Assembly (NCBI GenBank): GCA_046313635.1
Contig: JBKBYA010000001.1
Coordinates: forward strand, 831,481 to 895,480
Origin: Pyrinomonadaceae bacterium
GTDB lineage: Bacteria > Acidobacteriota > Blastocatellia > Pyrinomonadales > Pyrinomonadaceae
Length of the DNA: 64,000 nucleotides
Reading direction: 5' to 3'
Within the stretch, counting starts at the first letter, position 1. Each line of letters opens with the position of its first letter. Below are positions 9,595 through 18,365 of the stretch, piece after piece. The translations under genes and the position numbers were made by a program. The notes beneath the pieces were generated by a model that did no database searches, had not been told where the DNA came from, and was given only the letters and a program-made list of their open reading frames with translations.

Positions 9595-10557
9595 ATGTTT
9601 CGCGCAAAACGTTTGGTTAAGACCTTTGTCCGGCTTTTGCTCCCGATCGTCGTGCTCGTCGTGGCGGCGACCGTGGCGGCTTCGGTCTGGCTGGTCCACA
9701 AGACCTCGCGGCCGCAGTCGGCCGCCTATCTTGTCACCCCGGACAAGTACGGACTGCTCAGCTCTCGCGGCGCCCAGATCACAGAAGAGAAATGGACCAA
9801 CCGCGACGGCACAAAGGCGCGCGGCTGGCTGCTTCGCGGCTCGCCGAACGCCCCGGCCGTGATCCTGCTGCATAAATTCGGCGCAGACCGCTCGTACGTC
9901 CTTAATCTCGGCGTGAAGCTCAACGAAGCGACGAATTTCACGATCCTGATGCCCGACCTCCGCGGTCACGGCCCGCAGCCGCTGGTCGAGATCTCGTCAT
10001 TCGGCGGCCGCGAATCGGTGGACGTGCTCGCGGCGGTCGAATTCCTGCGCGGGCTAAAGACTCCCGAGCAGCTGACGCTCGTCGGTCCGCGGCTGGGAGT
10101 TTACGGCGTCGAGCTTGGGGCTCTCGCCGCGGTCAAGGCCGCCGCGGAGGAGCCGGCCATCGATGCCGTCGCGCTCGACTCGGTGCCTCAAGATTCAAAT
10201 TCGCTACTCGCCGCAAGCGTCGCACATCGATACCCGTTTGCGAGCTTTGTCACGGCGCGGCTCGCCGGGCTGGGGACAAATCTCTATTTCGTCGACGGAA
10301 CGTACGATCGCTCGGCCGTATGCGAGGCGGGGAAGGCGATCGGCGAGCGTAGGGTGCTGCTGCTCGCGGGCGTTGACGCGGCGGACTTTCAGTCCTCGAC
10401 ACAGAAGCTCTCGAAATGCCTGCAGAGCCGTCAGGTGCCCGAGTCGAGATTTGACCTGAGCCCGTCGGGCTACAGCATTATGAGCGCCTCGCTCGAGCAG
10501 TCGACGGCCTACGATCAGCGGGTGATCGACTTTTTCCGGACGTCGCTCGGCGGTTAA
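9595..10557 (+). CDS. membrane-anchored alpha/beta hydrolase fold protein
   Basis: N-terminal TM helix, AVILLH, PDLRGHG; nucleophile position reads GVELG. Confidence 0.75.
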   Translation: MFRAKRLVKTFVRLLLPIVVLVVAATVAASVWLVHKTSRPQSAAYLVTPDKYGLLSSRGAQITEEKWTNRDGTKARGWLLRGSPNAPAVILLHKFGADRSYVLNLGVKLNEATNFTILMPDLRGHGPQPLVEISSFGGRESVDVLAAVEFLRGLKTPEQLTLVGPRLGVYGVELGALAAVKAAAEEPAIDAVALDSVPQDSNSLLAASVAHRYPFASFVTARLAGLGTNLYFVDGTYDRSAVCEAGKAIGERRVLLLAGVDAADFQSSTQKLSKCLQSRQVPESRFDLSPSGYSIMSASLEQSTAYDQRVIDFFRTSLGG

Positions 10558-11252
10558 ATATCCATCTTTTTGTCGCTGTGCCCGTTCGAACGCGCGAGGG
10601 TCTGCATCTCTGCGCTCTCCTCGATCTTACCGACGGCCTGGACGAGTATCTCGCGAAGGCTCTCGAGTCGTGTCGACGTGCTCGTCATCTCGAGCATTTT
10701 GTATTTGAGATCGTTGTCGAGGTTAAAGGCTGCGGCGACCAGGAATGAGAGTTCGAGCGGCGAGGTCTTTGGAAGTTCGTCAAAGGTGCCTCTATTTCCG
10801 CTGAGCTTGAATGCCGCCTTCGCGACCCGTTCAAAGAGCCCGTGCACCTCGTCGGCAAGCGGCTCGAGCGTCGCCTCCGCCTCGACCTCGTCATCAAAGA
10901 ATCGAACGTCGCCGACGAGGTAAGGGTCGCCAGTCTCGACGTACTCGAGAGTTCTGTATCGCATCACTCCCGAGGTGACGATGTTCGCGCGTCCGTCGGG
11001 CAGCATCTGCACCTCACGCAGCTCGACCGCGCAGCCGACGCGGTCGATCGACGGGCGGTCGGCGGACCCGGCCGACTCGTCCAGGAATGTCACGCCAAAA
11101 ACGCCGCGGTCCGAGCGCACGTCCTTGAGCATCTGTCGATACCGCGGCTCAAAAATGTGCAGCGGCAAGACCTCGTTCGGCAGCACCACCATCGGCAGCG
11201 GAAATAGCGGCAGATGACGGATGCCTTTGACCTTTTCGGCGGCTTCTGACAT
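10554..11252 (-). CDS. LON peptidase substrate-binding domain protein
   Basis: LPLFPL and LPLHIFEPRYRQM motifs. Confidence 0.9.
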   Translation of the reverse strand: MSEAAEKVKGIRHLPLFPLPMVVLPNEVLPLHIFEPRYRQMLKDVRSDRGVFGVTFLDESAGSADRPSIDRVGCAVELREVQMLPDGRANIVTSGVMRYRTLEYVETGDPYLVGDVRFFDDEVEAEATLEPLADEVHGLFERVAKAAFKLSGNRGTFDELPKTSPLELSFLVAAAFNLDNDLKYKMLEMTSTSTRLESLREILVQAVGKIEESAEMQTLARSNGHSDKKMDI

Positions 11253-11270
11253 TTGTTTCGGGCTTGACGG

Positions 11271-12518
11271 CTAAGCTGCGATCGAGCCGGCGATCAGCTC
11301 GGCGATCTTGTCGGCGGGCTCGTCGTTAAGGACGCTCCTCTTGACGCCGACGACGAGCCGGGCGATGTCGTCAGCGCGTGTCTTAAAGCGATTATCGCGA
11401 AGGACCAGCTCCTCGACGACGCGGCGCTCGAGGGTCTCCCTCGTCTCCTCGACGTCGGTCGCACGAGCGGTTATCTCAAGCGGCGCCGCCTGATTGCGAA
11501 GCTTGATATGCAGGGCACCGGTAACGGCCTTTGCGCCGTCGCGGATCTTTCGCAGCTCGAGCACCGATGCGGGCATTCCGAGTATCCCGCGGAGCGTGAT
11601 CTCGATGATCGGCGCCGGTTGCCCGTGCTCGGCGCGGCGGCCTTCGGACTCGACCATTCGGATGACATCACGCGTGATCTCGGCCGCGTCGGCGTAACCG
11701 GAGACGTCGAACGCCAGCCGCTGGAATGGCCGGTTGAGATACTCGTCCACGTGCCGCGCCGAGACCGCGTTCGCCTCGTCGACCTCGACCAGAAATACGC
11801 CGCGCGTCTCGCGGTGATCGCTGATGCTCGTGATCTCGATCGAGCCCGGATTAAAGACCCAATTGTCGATCGCGAACTGCCGGTGCGTGTGCCCGAGTGC
11901 GACGTAGTCGGCGACCGAACGCAGCTCCTCGAGCGCGCGTCGCGACAGCGCGGGGATCGGATGGGTCTCGAAACCTTCTACATCGGTGTGAAGCATCACG
12001 ATGTGAAAGGCGCCTTCGCGGCGATTTCGCTTGACGGCCTCGATCAGCCGCGGCATCGCCCAATTTGACGACGCTCCGTACCAGTGCGAGCCGAATATCC
12101 TCGCACGGCCGACGTCGACAAAGCCGCCCTTGCCGCACGACTCGTCCCACGGGTCGTACGTGAATCCGTCTTCGCTCGTCGCCGGCTCGAGCAGGCACAG
12201 CAGCTTCCATTTAGCGAGCGAGCGCAGCCAGCTGTACTCGCTGTCGCCGTGCTTTTGGTCGTGATTGCCCTCGATCGCGACGACCGGGATGCCGGCCTGC
12301 TTCAGCATCGTGAGCCCCTCGACGGCGTGGTCCATCGTCTCGGGCGGCACGCTGCGCTTGTGAAAAAAATCTCCGCAGATCAAGACAAAGTCGACCCGCT
12401 CGTCGATCGCATATCGCCGCAGCGCGTCGGTCCACGCATCGAAGAAGTCTCGCGGGCTCTCGGCGAGCTGGTACCGCGTACACCCGAGGTGCACATCGGC
12501 CATATGGAGGAATTTCAT
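11271..12518 (-). CDS. SbcD/Mre11-like DNA repair exonuclease (metallophosphoesterase)
   Basis: ADVHLG, GDFFH, GNHD, ALGHTH and NPGS motifs. Confidence 0.88.
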   Translation of the reverse strand: MKFLHMADVHLGCTRYQLAESPRDFFDAWTDALRRYAIDERVDFVLICGDFFHKRSVPPETMDHAVEGLTMLKQAGIPVVAIEGNHDQKHGDSEYSWLRSLAKWKLLCLLEPATSEDGFTYDPWDESCGKGGFVDVGRARIFGSHWYGASSNWAMPRLIEAVKRNRREGAFHIVMLHTDVEGFETHPIPALSRRALEELRSVADYVALGHTHRQFAIDNWVFNPGSIEITSISDHRETRGVFLVEVDEANAVSARHVDEYLNRPFQRLAFDVSGYADAAEITRDVIRMVESEGRRAEHGQPAPIIEITLRGILGMPASVLELRKIRDGAKAVTGALHIKLRNQAAPLEITARATDVEETRETLERRVVEELVLRDNRFKTRADDIARLVVGVKRSVLNDEPADKIAELIAGSIAA

Positions 12519-12558
12519 ATCGTTGATTTTAGCATAGCGGTGTGACATAAATTTCCGC

Positions 12559-13368
12559 ATGGAAAGGGTCGTTCTGGTCACAGGAGCGTCGAGCGGGATC
12601 GGCAGGGAGACCGCAAGATTGTTTCAGACAAAGAACTGGAAGGTAGCCGCGACGATGCGCTCGCCCGAGGACGCCGGCGACCTCCAGCGGATCGCCGACA
12701 TCGAGTGCTTTCGCCTCGACGTTACCGACGTCGATTCGATCAAAACCGCGATCGCCGACACGCTCGAAAAGTTCGGCCGCATCGACGCGGTCGTCAACAA
12801 CGCCGGCTACGGGCTTGTCGGTCCGTTCGAGGCGATCACGGACGAACAGGCACGACGGCAGTTCGAAACGAACGTGTTTGGTTTGATGAACGTCTGCCGC
12901 GAGATCCTGCCGTACTTTCGCGAGCAGCGGCGCGGCACGATCGTCAACGTCGCGTCGGTCGGCGGGCGAATGACGTTTCCGCTCTACAGCCTATATCACG
13001 CGACGAAATGGGCGGTCGAGGGCTTTTCCGAATCGCTGCATTACGAGCTCAAGCCGCTCGGCATCAGGATCAGGATCATCGAACCCGGCCCGATACGCAC
13101 GGACTTTTACGGCCGTTCGCAGGAGGTGGCCCGCAAAGAAGGCCTGAACGCTTACGACAGCATCGTCGCCCGCGCGCTGCCGAATATGCAGAAGGCGGGA
13201 GCCGGAGCCCCCGGCGGCGAGGTCGTCGCGGCGGCCATCTACGACGCCGTGACCGACACCTCCGACAGGCTGCGTTACGGGGTCAACACCAGGGGCATCC
13301 TCGCGCTGCGGCGCCTGCTGCCGGAGTCGATCTTTTACGGGTTGATCAGAAAGATAATTCTGCGCTGA
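12559..13368 (+). CDS. SDR family oxidoreductase
   Basis: TGASSGIG, NNAGYG and YHATK motifs. Confidence 0.92.
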   Translation: MERVVLVTGASSGIGRETARLFQTKNWKVAATMRSPEDAGDLQRIADIECFRLDVTDVDSIKTAIADTLEKFGRIDAVVNNAGYGLVGPFEAITDEQARRQFETNVFGLMNVCREILPYFREQRRGTIVNVASVGGRMTFPLYSLYHATKWAVEGFSESLHYELKPLGIRIRIIEPGPIRTDFYGRSQEVARKEGLNAYDSIVARALPNMQKAGAGAPGGEVVAAAIYDAVTDTSDRLRYGVNTRGILALRRLLPESIFYGLIRKIILR

Positions 13369-13403
13369 AAGGTACTTTTGACCGCCGCGTCTCGACCCGC
13401 TCC

Positions 13404-14273
13404 TCAGCTTGCCGACGCCTTTTGCCTCACGTCGATCCGGACGCGGCCGAATTCGCGCATTAGCCGGTCGAGCCGCTCGACGGCGGCGTCGTGGGCGGCA
13501 CCGTTCGTGGCGAGGATGCCGTTGTGATTCTGCAGGTCCTCGGCATCGTAAACGAGAGGTTCGCCGAAAAGGTCGGTCATCCGTCCGCCTGCCTCTTCAA
13601 GGATGACCTGCGGCCCGCACGTGTCCCAGACCTTCGTGCGCGGGCTCGGGTGGATGTAAATGTCGCAGAGCCGCTCGGCGATGAGCCCGATCTTAAGCCC
13701 GACCGAGCCTCGCCTGACCTCTGCGGCAAAGCCGAACTCTTCGACGATCCGCTGCATTCGCTCACTCATGTGATTCTTGGTGACGGCGAGCTTCATCTCG
13801 GCAAATTCGGCCTCGCGCGAGACCTCGAGCCGACGCCGTTCGCCCTTCGTCTCGCAAAAGCTGCCGAGGCCTTTAGCGGCGAAGTAGATCTTGTCGAGAT
13901 ACGGCAAAAAGACGACGCCGAGCACCGGCCGGCCGCGATCGGTGAGCCCGATCTGCACGCCGAAATCGCCGTCCTTTTTGACGAATCCGGCAGTACCGTC
14001 GATCGGATCGATGATCCACGCCCGCTCTCGCGAGAGCCTGTGCCCGGGGTCGTCGGCTTCTTCCTCAGACAACACCGCGTCGTCATGAAATGCAGACCGC
14101 AGCCCATCGACAACGACACGGCTGGCGGCGCGGTCGGCGGCCGTGACGGGCTCGTAAAAGTTGTCGACGCCGAGCTTTTCTTCGGCGATGATCTCGCGGG
14201 AGTAATGGTCGAGAATGACGGTGCCGGCCTCGCGGGCGAGCCGGCACGCAGTCTCAAGTTCGGTCGTGTACAT
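13404..14273 (-). CDS. cysQ: 3'(2'),5'-bisphosphate nucleotidase CysQ / inositol monophosphatase family
   Basis: LSEE, WIIDPIDGT and WDTC...ILEEAGG motifs; start at ATG 14273. Confidence 0.8.
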   Translation of the reverse strand: MYTTELETACRLAREAGTVILDHYSREIIAEEKLGVDNFYEPVTAADRAASRVVVDGLRSAFHDDAVLSEEEADDPGHRLSRERAWIIDPIDGTAGFVKKDGDFGVQIGLTDRGRPVLGVVFLPYLDKIYFAAKGLGSFCETKGERRRLEVSREAEFAEMKLAVTKNHMSERMQRIVEEFGFAAEVRRGSVGLKIGLIAERLCDIYIHPSPRTKVWDTCGPQVILEEAGGRMTDLFGEPLVYDAEDLQNHNGILATNGAAHDAAVERLDRLMREFGRVRIDVRQKASAS

Positions 14274-14304
14274 CGATTCCAATTTAGCACAGCGGCCGCT
14301 CGCG

Positions 14305-14544
14305 TCAGGTCTTGTCGATGCGCTCGACGACGCCGCACCGCGGACAGACGAGCGTCTCGCGAAGCTTGTCGGCCCAGCGGGCGAGCGCCGCGGTCGAGAG
14401 ACGGCGTTCGCCCTCGCCCTCGCGCAAGATCCGCGAACGATGAGCGCCGTCGTTAGTTTCGCCATTCTCGGTCTCAAGCTCGCGCTCGCACGAGCGGCAG
14501 ATCCATCCAAAACCGTCGTTGTAAAAATCCCTAAGCTCGGCCAT
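14305..14544 (-). CDS. small protein with two CxxC pairs (putative zinc ribbon)
   Basis: WICRSC ... LVCPRCG; fills the gap between co-oriented genes. Confidence 0.65.
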   Translation of the reverse strand: MAELRDFYNDGFGWICRSCERELETENGETNDGAHRSRILREGEGERRLSTAALARWADKLRETLVCPRCGVVERIDKT

Positions 14545-14600
14545 AAACACAAAGCGGCGAGCGATCGGCCGCCCGCCGCGTCATTCACGATCGCCGGATC

Positions 14601-15782
14601 CTACTGCACCCGACGGCCCGGTGCAGCCTGCCGCGAGGTCGCTCCGAGCAGCCTGACCGGCAGCGTCGTCGTCCTGCCGTCCCGATAGATCTCGACATTC
14701 ACCGTATCGCCGATCTGCTTCTTGTCGAGGATGCGGTAGATGTCGTCGATGTCGTCGGTCTTTTGCCCGTCGACAGAGAGAATTATGTCGCCGATGCCGG
14801 CACTCGAGACGCCTCGCAGACCCGCACGCTCGGCCGAGCCGCCCGGCACGACCTGATAGACAAGCACGCCGCGATCGACCGGCAGGCGGACGTCGGGCCG
14901 CTGAGCGAGGATGCCTCTTACGCTCGGGAGCGACGCGCCGAGCTTCGGCCGGCGCACCTCGCCAAACTGGATCAGCTGCGCGACGACGCGCTTGGCCGTG
15001 TTGACCGGGATCGCAAAGCCGACGCCGACCGATCCGCCCGCCGGCGAGAGGATCTGCGAGTTGATGCCGATCATCCGGCCGTACTTATCGAGCAGCGGAC
15101 CGCCCGAATTGCCCGGGTTGATCGACGCGTCGGTCTGGATGGCGGCGTCGATCGGCCGGCCGTTGCGAGCTCGGATCGGCCGCTGCAGTCCCGAGATCAC
15201 GCCGGTCGTAAGCGTCCGGTCCAGGCCGAAGGGATTGCCAATGGCGAGCACCTTTTGCCCGACGGCCAGCTTGTCCGAATCGCCCATCGGAACGACGGTG
15301 AGACCCGCGGGCGGCGAGATCTTGATGACCGCGAGGTCGGTGTCCGGGTCGCCGCCGACGACCGTTGCCGGATAGACCTTGTCGCCGCCGAAGCTGACCG
15401 ACAGTTTCGACGCGCCCTCGATGACGTGGTAGTTGGTCAGGATGTGACCTTCGTTGTCGATGACCGAGCCGCTGCCGTTGCCGCGACCTTCTTCGATCCC
15501 GCCAAAAAAGTCCTGCGTGTAGCTCGTCGTGTTTATGAACGCGACGCCCGGCGAGACCGACTTGTAGACCTCGATGCTGTTTTGCTCGTCGCTCACCGTC
15601 GACGGATCTGAGATGCCTGACGGGGCCGCCTCGGCAAACGACACGGCCGAATTGTCGTTATCGCTCCAGAACTTTCCGAATGAGAAAACAAGCGCCGTCG
15701 CGCCGATCGCGATCAGCGCTGAAGCAAAGGAAAGCAAGAGTATCTGTTTGACCGAGAGATGGTACACCGGTTTGTTGGACAT
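14601..15782 (-). CDS. HtrA/DegQ-like trypsin serine protease with PDZ domain
   Basis: LTNYHV, DLAVIK and TDASINPGNSGGPL motifs. Confidence 0.93.
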   Translation of the reverse strand: MSNKPVYHLSVKQILLLSFASALIAIGATALVFSFGKFWSDNDNSAVSFAEAAPSGISDPSTVSDEQNSIEVYKSVSPGVAFINTTSYTQDFFGGIEEGRGNGSGSVIDNEGHILTNYHVIEGASKLSVSFGGDKVYPATVVGGDPDTDLAVIKISPPAGLTVVPMGDSDKLAVGQKVLAIGNPFGLDRTLTTGVISGLQRPIRARNGRPIDAAIQTDASINPGNSGGPLLDKYGRMIGINSQILSPAGGSVGVGFAIPVNTAKRVVAQLIQFGEVRRPKLGASLPSVRGILAQRPDVRLPVDRGVLVYQVVPGGSAERAGLRGVSSAGIGDIILSVDGQKTDDIDDIYRILDKKQIGDTVNVEIYRDGRTTTLPVRLLGATSRQAAPGRRVQ

Positions 15783-15989
15783 AGTGCGCACTTCCTTTTT
15801 TACGAATTTAAGTATGAATCAACACTTTGATGCCCGGCGTCAAAGCTGCCGTTTCCCAACTACGAAAAAAATACAGCCCTTGTTTCCCCCGAAACAAGGG
15901 CTGCCGTCGCTATGTACCGTGCTTACTCCAACGGCCCGGCGGCCGGTCGCGCGGGTAGCCCGGCGATCGGCGTGTCAGATGCCTGATAG

Positions 15990-16310
15990 TCAAAACGACG
16001 TACCGGCGACAGATCCGACCGCGTAAAAGCCGGTTATGAGATGAACGCCCATGACCAGCGCGTAAACGCCGAGGGCAACGCCGAGGCAATAGCGAGTCAC
16101 GCGCCGGTGAGCAAATGAGAAAAGCACGATGGCCGCAAGCGCACCCACCAGCAGCTTGACCGCGAGAAATTGAAAGTTCCCGATGTCGAGGAGTGTCGCC
16201 ATAAGGTGATTGCCCTCGGTCGCGATGCCGTTGCGCACCCAAATTATCGTTAGCAACGCGTCCAGTACGTTGAGGCTAAAGAGCAGTACGATCTGGTTGA
16301 GAAGATGCAT
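15990..16310 (-). CDS. small membrane protein (DUF5658-like)
   Basis: LNVLDALLT...ATEGNHLM...LAVK pattern, several TM helices. Confidence 0.7.
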   Translation of the reverse strand: MHLLNQIVLLFSLNVLDALLTIIWVRNGIATEGNHLMATLLDIGNFQFLAVKLLVGALAAIVLFSFAHRRVTRYCLGVALGVYALVMGVHLITGFYAVGSVAGTSF

Positions 16311-16616
16311 ATTCTCGACTTTGACCCTTCGACACGCGGTAAGGCTATGCGATCGGCGCGGTCCTCGCACCCTCGAGGCCTTGCGGGTGGGCGTCGGCTC
16401 CCGGTGCGAACAGTGGTTCGTGAGTGTGACTGCCGAGATAATACACCCAATCCGTGCCGCGTTTCAGATTTTCTTATCCGTCATATTCTCGCTCTCAAGC
16501 GTGCTATTCTGTTTGCCGACATACTCTTTCGGGACAACGGCTCTGGACCTGGTCCAATCAAAGGGCACGGCTGTCCGACGGGCAGCCGTTGGAGAATCTG
16601 GTTTTGGGAGAACGAA

Positions 16617-17345
16617 ATGAGAATCAATAGGATCACTAGAATTAGACTGATGATTTCGGCGCTTGCGCTGCTTGTAGCGGCCGGTTCGATCGATACATTC
16701 GGTCAAACCCGCAAGCCGGTGCTTCGTAAGCGCACAACGACAAAGCGGGTCGTCCGCAAGCCGGCCGTGCCGCTGTATTCCGTCGCCTCGGGCACGCGTC
16801 TGCATGCCCGCATCAACGAGACGCTCAGCTCAAAGACGGCGCGTGTCGGCGACCGCTTCACGGCGACGGTGACCAATGACGTGTATTCGTCCAACGGCGT
16901 TCTGCTGATCCCGGACGGCAGCACTCTGACCGGGCGCGTGGACGCCGTGCAGCCCGCCAAGAAGGGCGGCAAACCCGGCGCGATCGACGTCAGCTTCGTC
17001 AGCCTTAGGCTGCCGAACGGCTCTACCCGCGCGATCAACGGCACGCTCACCGATCTCACCAGCGACGATGCCAAAAGCGATGTCGAGGGCACGGCCCGCG
17101 GCGACAAGATGAAGCATCGCAAGGTGATCTTCATCGGCGGCGGTGCGGCCGGCGGCGCGGTGCTCGGTGCGGCGATCGGCGGCGGCAAGGGAGCTCTGAT
17201 CGGCGGACTGCTCGGAGCGGGCGGCGGATTTCTGGGCGAAAAGCTGACCAAGGGCGAGGAGGCGGTCGTGCAGAGCGGCACCGAATTTGGTGTCTATCTC
17301 AACCAGCCGCTGTCGCTGCCTAGGTACGCCGAGGCCACGCCCTGA
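16617..17345 (+). CDS. secreted protein with VirB10/TrbI-like beta domain and glycine-zipper segment
   Basis: Signal peptide, LSSKTARVGDRF, IPDGSTLTGRV, GGGAAGGAVLGAAIGGGKGALIG; GGGAG upstream of ATG 16617. Confidence 0.7.
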   Translation: MRINRITRIRLMISALALLVAAGSIDTFGQTRKPVLRKRTTTKRVVRKPAVPLYSVASGTRLHARINETLSSKTARVGDRFTATVTNDVYSSNGVLLIPDGSTLTGRVDAVQPAKKGGKPGAIDVSFVSLRLPNGSTRAINGTLTDLTSDDAKSDVEGTARGDKMKHRKVIFIGGGAAGGAVLGAAIGGGKGALIGGLLGAGGGFLGEKLTKGEEAVVQSGTEFGVYLNQPLSLPRYAEATP

Positions 17346-17365
17346 CCGGACGACAGAAGTAGATC

Positions 17366-17406
17366 AAAAACCCCGCAAGTCGATTCGACCTGCGGGGTTT
17401 GTTTTA
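17366..17406. terminator. bidirectional terminator between convergent genes
   Basis: AAAAACCCCGCA...TGCGGGGTTT. Confidence 0.8.
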
Positions 17407-17426
17407 TTCATTCGTGCTCTGACGCC

Positions 17427-18296
17427 TTATCCGACCGGCACGGCGGCCTCGATCTTCTTGCCGATCTCGTCGAGCCGGCGGACGACGCGCTCGATTAGCC
17501 AATTGGGCGTCGATGCTCCGGCGGTGACGCCGACCTGCCTGACGCCGGCGAGGTCGGCCGGGTCGATCTCGTCCTCGGTCTCGATCAAAAAGCTCTTTTC
17601 GCAATTCTCCTTGCATACGGCGAGCAGCTTGACGCTGTTGGACGAATGTCGGCCGCCGATGATGTAGAACGCGTCGACCATCGTCGACAGCGAACGTGCC
17701 GCGTCTTGCCGGTCGCGCGTCGCCGAGCAGATCGTGTTGATGACCTGCACCTCGTCGTCGGTCTTTGTCTTGACCGCCTCGGCCGTGTCAAAGAATGTCT
17801 TGGCCTTGATCGTCGTCTGCGAAACGACCAGCGGACGCCGCAGCCGCGGGAGCTGTGCGACCTCGCTCTCATCCCGAACGACAAAGGCATGCTCCGGCGC
17901 GTAGCCCTTGACGCCGATCATCTCGGGATGGTCGGGGTTGCCGACGACGATCACGTGGCGGTCCTCGGCGGCGGCACGTGCCGCAAGCTTTTGCACGCGC
18001 GTGACGAAGGGGCACGTCGCGTCGACGACCTTGTCGGCCATCTCCTCGAGCTGCTTTTGAACTTCGGGCGTGACGCCGTGAGCGCGTATGACGGCCGTTT
18101 CGCTGCGGCCGATCTGGACGGGTTCGCTGACGGTCGAGACGCCCATCGCCGCGAGACGCTCCATCTCCTGCTCGTTATGGATCAGCGGCCCGAGGCTGCG
18201 GACGGGGCCGCCGCCGGCGACGGCCTCCTCGACCATCTCGACCGCACGCTCCACGCCAAAGCAAAAACCGTATTCGTCTGCGAGTAAAACCTTCAT
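17427..18296 (-). CDS. ispH: 4-hydroxy-3-methylbut-2-enyl diphosphate reductase
   Basis: GFCFGVERA, IRAHG, DATCP, TICSAT, SSNS and TAGASTP motifs. Confidence 0.96.
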   Translation of the reverse strand: MKVLLADEYGFCFGVERAVEMVEEAVAGGGPVRSLGPLIHNEQEMERLAAMGVSTVSEPVQIGRSETAVIRAHGVTPEVQKQLEEMADKVVDATCPFVTRVQKLAARAAAEDRHVIVVGNPDHPEMIGVKGYAPEHAFVVRDESEVAQLPRLRRPLVVSQTTIKAKTFFDTAEAVKTKTDDEVQVINTICSATRDRQDAARSLSTMVDAFYIIGGRHSSNSVKLLAVCKENCEKSFLIETEDEIDPADLAGVRQVGVTAGASTPNWLIERVVRRLDEIGKKIEAAVPVG

Positions 18297-18365
18297 CTCA
18301 ATTCGACTTTGCCGCAAAAAGTTTATCAGATGCCGACGGCAAACCAAACGAGGTGGCCGTGCAGC

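Noticed and set aside
11271..12518. Defence-system nuclease
   Set aside because: Ordinary SbcD/Mre11 motifs in a housekeeping context; the partner ATPase may lie elsewhere
16617..17345. Type IV secretion or conjugation system
   Set aside because: Only a solitary VirB10-like domain; no other virB or tra genes
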